Under the pieces are notes generated by a model. That model had not been told where the DNA came from. It searched no databases and worked only from the letters and a program-made list of their open reading frames with translations. DNA of 64,000 nt. Source: a virus. Shown in pieces: positions 61,944 to 64,000 of this stretch (its first letter is position 1; each line of letters starts with the position of its first letter). Where the stretch lies: IMG/VR virus record IMGVR_UViG_3300034062_007329, positions 1 to 64,000 of that record; one strand, given 5' to 3'. The position numbers and the translations under genes were made by a program.

Positions 61944-62456
61944 ATGAGAGTACTTACACTTGCACCTAATTATGAACCTATAGGCACTATTTCTTGGAAA
62001 AAAGCAGTTGCTTTAGTATTTTTAAATAAAGTTACTACTCTTCAAGAGTATGAAGAAGAAATTAGATCAGTTAACTTTACGATGAAAATACCATCCGTTA
62101 TTGTGTTAAAAAGCGGTAAAATGAAGCGTATCAACTCAGTAAGATTTTCCAGAAGAAATATCTGGCTAAGAGACGAGGGTAAGTGTCAGTATTGCAATAA
62201 AAATGTAAACATCAAACAATTTACAATCGATCATGTACATCCAAAACATGCTGGTGGCAAAACCTCTTGGGAAAATGTTGTTGTTTCGTGCTATGAATGT
62301 AATCAAAAAAAAGGTGAAAAGTCACTAAAAGATTCTGGATTTAAGTTAAGTAAAACACCAAGAAAACCTATTTCTCTTCCATATGTAAATGAAATTGTTG
62401 GTTTTTTTGATGATAACTACTTACATCCATCTTGGAAATTTTGGTTAAATAGGTAA
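61944..62456 (+). CDS. HNH endonuclease (McrA-like)
   Basis: FSRRNIWLRD..CQYC, TIDHVHPK..GG.TSWENVV.SC..CN.KKG. Confidence 0.9.
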   Translation: MRVLTLAPNYEPIGTISWKKAVALVFLNKVTTLQEYEEEIRSVNFTMKIPSVIVLKSGKMKRINSVRFSRRNIWLRDEGKCQYCNKNVNIKQFTIDHVHPKHAGGKTSWENVVVSCYECNQKKGEKSLKDSGFKLSKTPRKPISLPYVNEIVGFFDDNYLHPSWKFWLNR

Positions 62457-62463
62457 ATAAAAC

Positions 62464-63051
62464 ATGAAACTTTTAGTACTCGACACGGAAACAACTGGTC
62501 TTGATATGACAAGACATGAAATAATTCAAATTGGTTTTCTTCTTATGGAATTTGATGGAGATCAAAAATTTGAATTGATCTCCGAATCTGAAATAAAAAT
62601 TAGACCTCTGCATTTAGAAACTGCCGAACCAGCTGCACTTGCAGTTAATGGTTTTACTGCATATGGCTGGAAGGACACAAAACCAATAAATGAACACTTT
62701 GAAGAAATTAAACAGAAAATAGAAAATGCCGATTTAATGCTCGGACAAAATCTTGTATTTGACCTCAGATTTATAAAACAAGCTTATGAGAATTTGAATG
62801 CAGTCCCACCAGCCTTTCCACAATATATTGATACTAAATGGATGGCAACACAGCTTTTAAAAGAAGGAAAATTAAAAAGTACTTCAATGGATAAAATGTG
62901 CAAACACTTCAATATAAAAATTGAAGGCAAGGCACACACTGCGTTAGTAGATTGTAAAAGAACATTAGAAGTTTATAAGCTATTAGCTAAACAAGTTGCA
63001 GACATTACTAAATTTACATTTATAAAATATTATGATCCTTTTGAGCGTTAA
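62464..63051 (+). CDS. DEDDh 3'-5' exonuclease (DnaQ/epsilon-like)
   Basis: LDTETTGL, QNLVFDLRF, IDT, HTALVD. Confidence 0.9.
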   Translation: MKLLVLDTETTGLDMTRHEIIQIGFLLMEFDGDQKFELISESEIKIRPLHLETAEPAALAVNGFTAYGWKDTKPINEHFEEIKQKIENADLMLGQNLVFDLRFIKQAYENLNAVPPAFPQYIDTKWMATQLLKEGKLKSTSMDKMCKHFNIKIEGKAHTALVDCKRTLEVYKLLAKQVADITKFTFIKYYDPFER

Positions 63052-63546
63052 GGAAAAAATCTAATGAAGCTTGGTGATATGGTTAAGCAACAATTTACTG
63101 ACAGTATCGAACGTTATGGTATTATAGTAGAAGATCCATTAGAAAGATATATCGGCGTCCTCCCAGTAACTAAAAAGTATTTTAAAATAAAATATCTTCC
63201 CCATCCAGATTTACCGTTTCATGGCGGTGATATGTACAGCGAATATACGGTAGAAGATACTTTAACTGTTGTTTCTTCCGTTGAGTAAAATACTCACTAA
63301 ATAATATAGGAGGTATTTTACGGAGGAAACTTACATGAGCAAGCAAAAACCTCAAGAAAGCCCTGTACAGATACAATTAGAATTACCAGATTATTCGCAA
63401 ATGTACTATGAATACATGAAGAAAAAAGAAGAAAAAACAGAAGAAGAAACAGTTGTTATTATAGAAATTTACTAATTATTACATTTAATCAGTCTAAGAA
63501 CTACTTATGTCATAAGGCATAGGTAGTTTTTTTATTGGCTAAAAAC

Positions 63547-64000
63547 ATGTTATTATTAGAAAATATATCTCACGAAGATCTTAAAAAATATTTAAAAGAA
63601 TTTTATACTTATGCTTTGGAGCGTTTGAAAAAAATAGATCGTGATCCAAAAGTTATATTTAAATATGATCAAAAGAACGCTGATAATTTTTTTGGAAAAA
63701 CTGGTTATTACGACCCTGACGAAGAAAAAATAGTTCTTTATGTGAGTGATCGTCATGCAAAGGATGTACTTAGATCCTTTGCTCATGAATTAATACACCA
63801 TTATCAGAAATGCACTGGAGAAAGCGATACTGTAGACTTAAGCGCCACATCTGATCCATCATATGCATTACACAATGATGGTCTAAGAGAGATGGAAAAA
63901 ATGGCGTTTAAGTGGGGAAATATGTTATTTAGAGATTGGTGTGACATTAAAAAAATGGAGAGGAAAAACAATATGACAGAATCAAAAAAAGATTTAGTTG
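63547..64000 (+). CDS. HExxH zinc metallopeptidase-like protein, 3'-truncated (not in ORF track)
   Basis: MLLLENISHE...TGYYDP...RHAKDVLRSFAHELIHHYQ...EME; open to window end. Confidence 0.75.
   Translation, partial: MLLLENISHEDLKKYLKEFYTYALERLKKIDRDPKVIFKYDQKNADNFFGKTGYYDPDEEKIVLYVSDRHAKDVLRSFAHELIHHYQKCTGESDTVDLSATSDPSYALHNDGLREMEKMAFKWGNMLFRDWCDIKKMERKNNMTESKKDLV

Noticed and set aside
1-64000. Stop-codon reassignment
   Set aside because: Known genes are full length in the standard code, TAA, TAG and TGA all end genes, and no suppressor tRNA was found.

Overview
This window is a fragment of a large, jumbo-type tailed dsDNA bacteriophage genome, almost entirely on the + strand and in the standard code. 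(1) About 1-29.2 kb is AT-rich. It holds replication and metabolism genes (DnaE, dUTPase, an IMPDH/GMP-reductase-family enzyme, PurA), proteostasis genes (ClpP, GroEL, Hsp20, an ATE/Bpt-like transferase) and probable late or virion genes preceded by an ACTA(T/C)TTA motif. (2) About 29.4-57.9 kb is a visibly more GC-rich early or accessory region with more than 30 sigma70-type promoters. It contains a MoxR AAA+/VWA-peptidase pair, 17 tRNAs interspersed with HNH, PD-(D/E)xK and Mom-like genes and unexplained structured RNAs, and a tandem array of about 16 small SH3/KOW-like paralogs. (3) About 58-64 kb is AT-rich again (kinase-like protein, SLT, HNH, DnaQ-like exonuclease, HExxH peptidase). The most notable observations are: two covarying, circularly permuted tRNA-like (YrlA/Y-RNA-like) RNAs; a GIY-YIG gene flanked by an orphan purA start and a synonymously recoded copy of it; seven back-to-back promoter cassettes linked to a CAGCCGC hairpin element; an rrn-like tandem-promoter/boxA leader ahead of the tRNA array; a tandem-pseudoknot intergenic RNA; and the paralog array with repeated overlapping junctions. 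All calls come from reading motifs by eye; no searches or folding programs were run.
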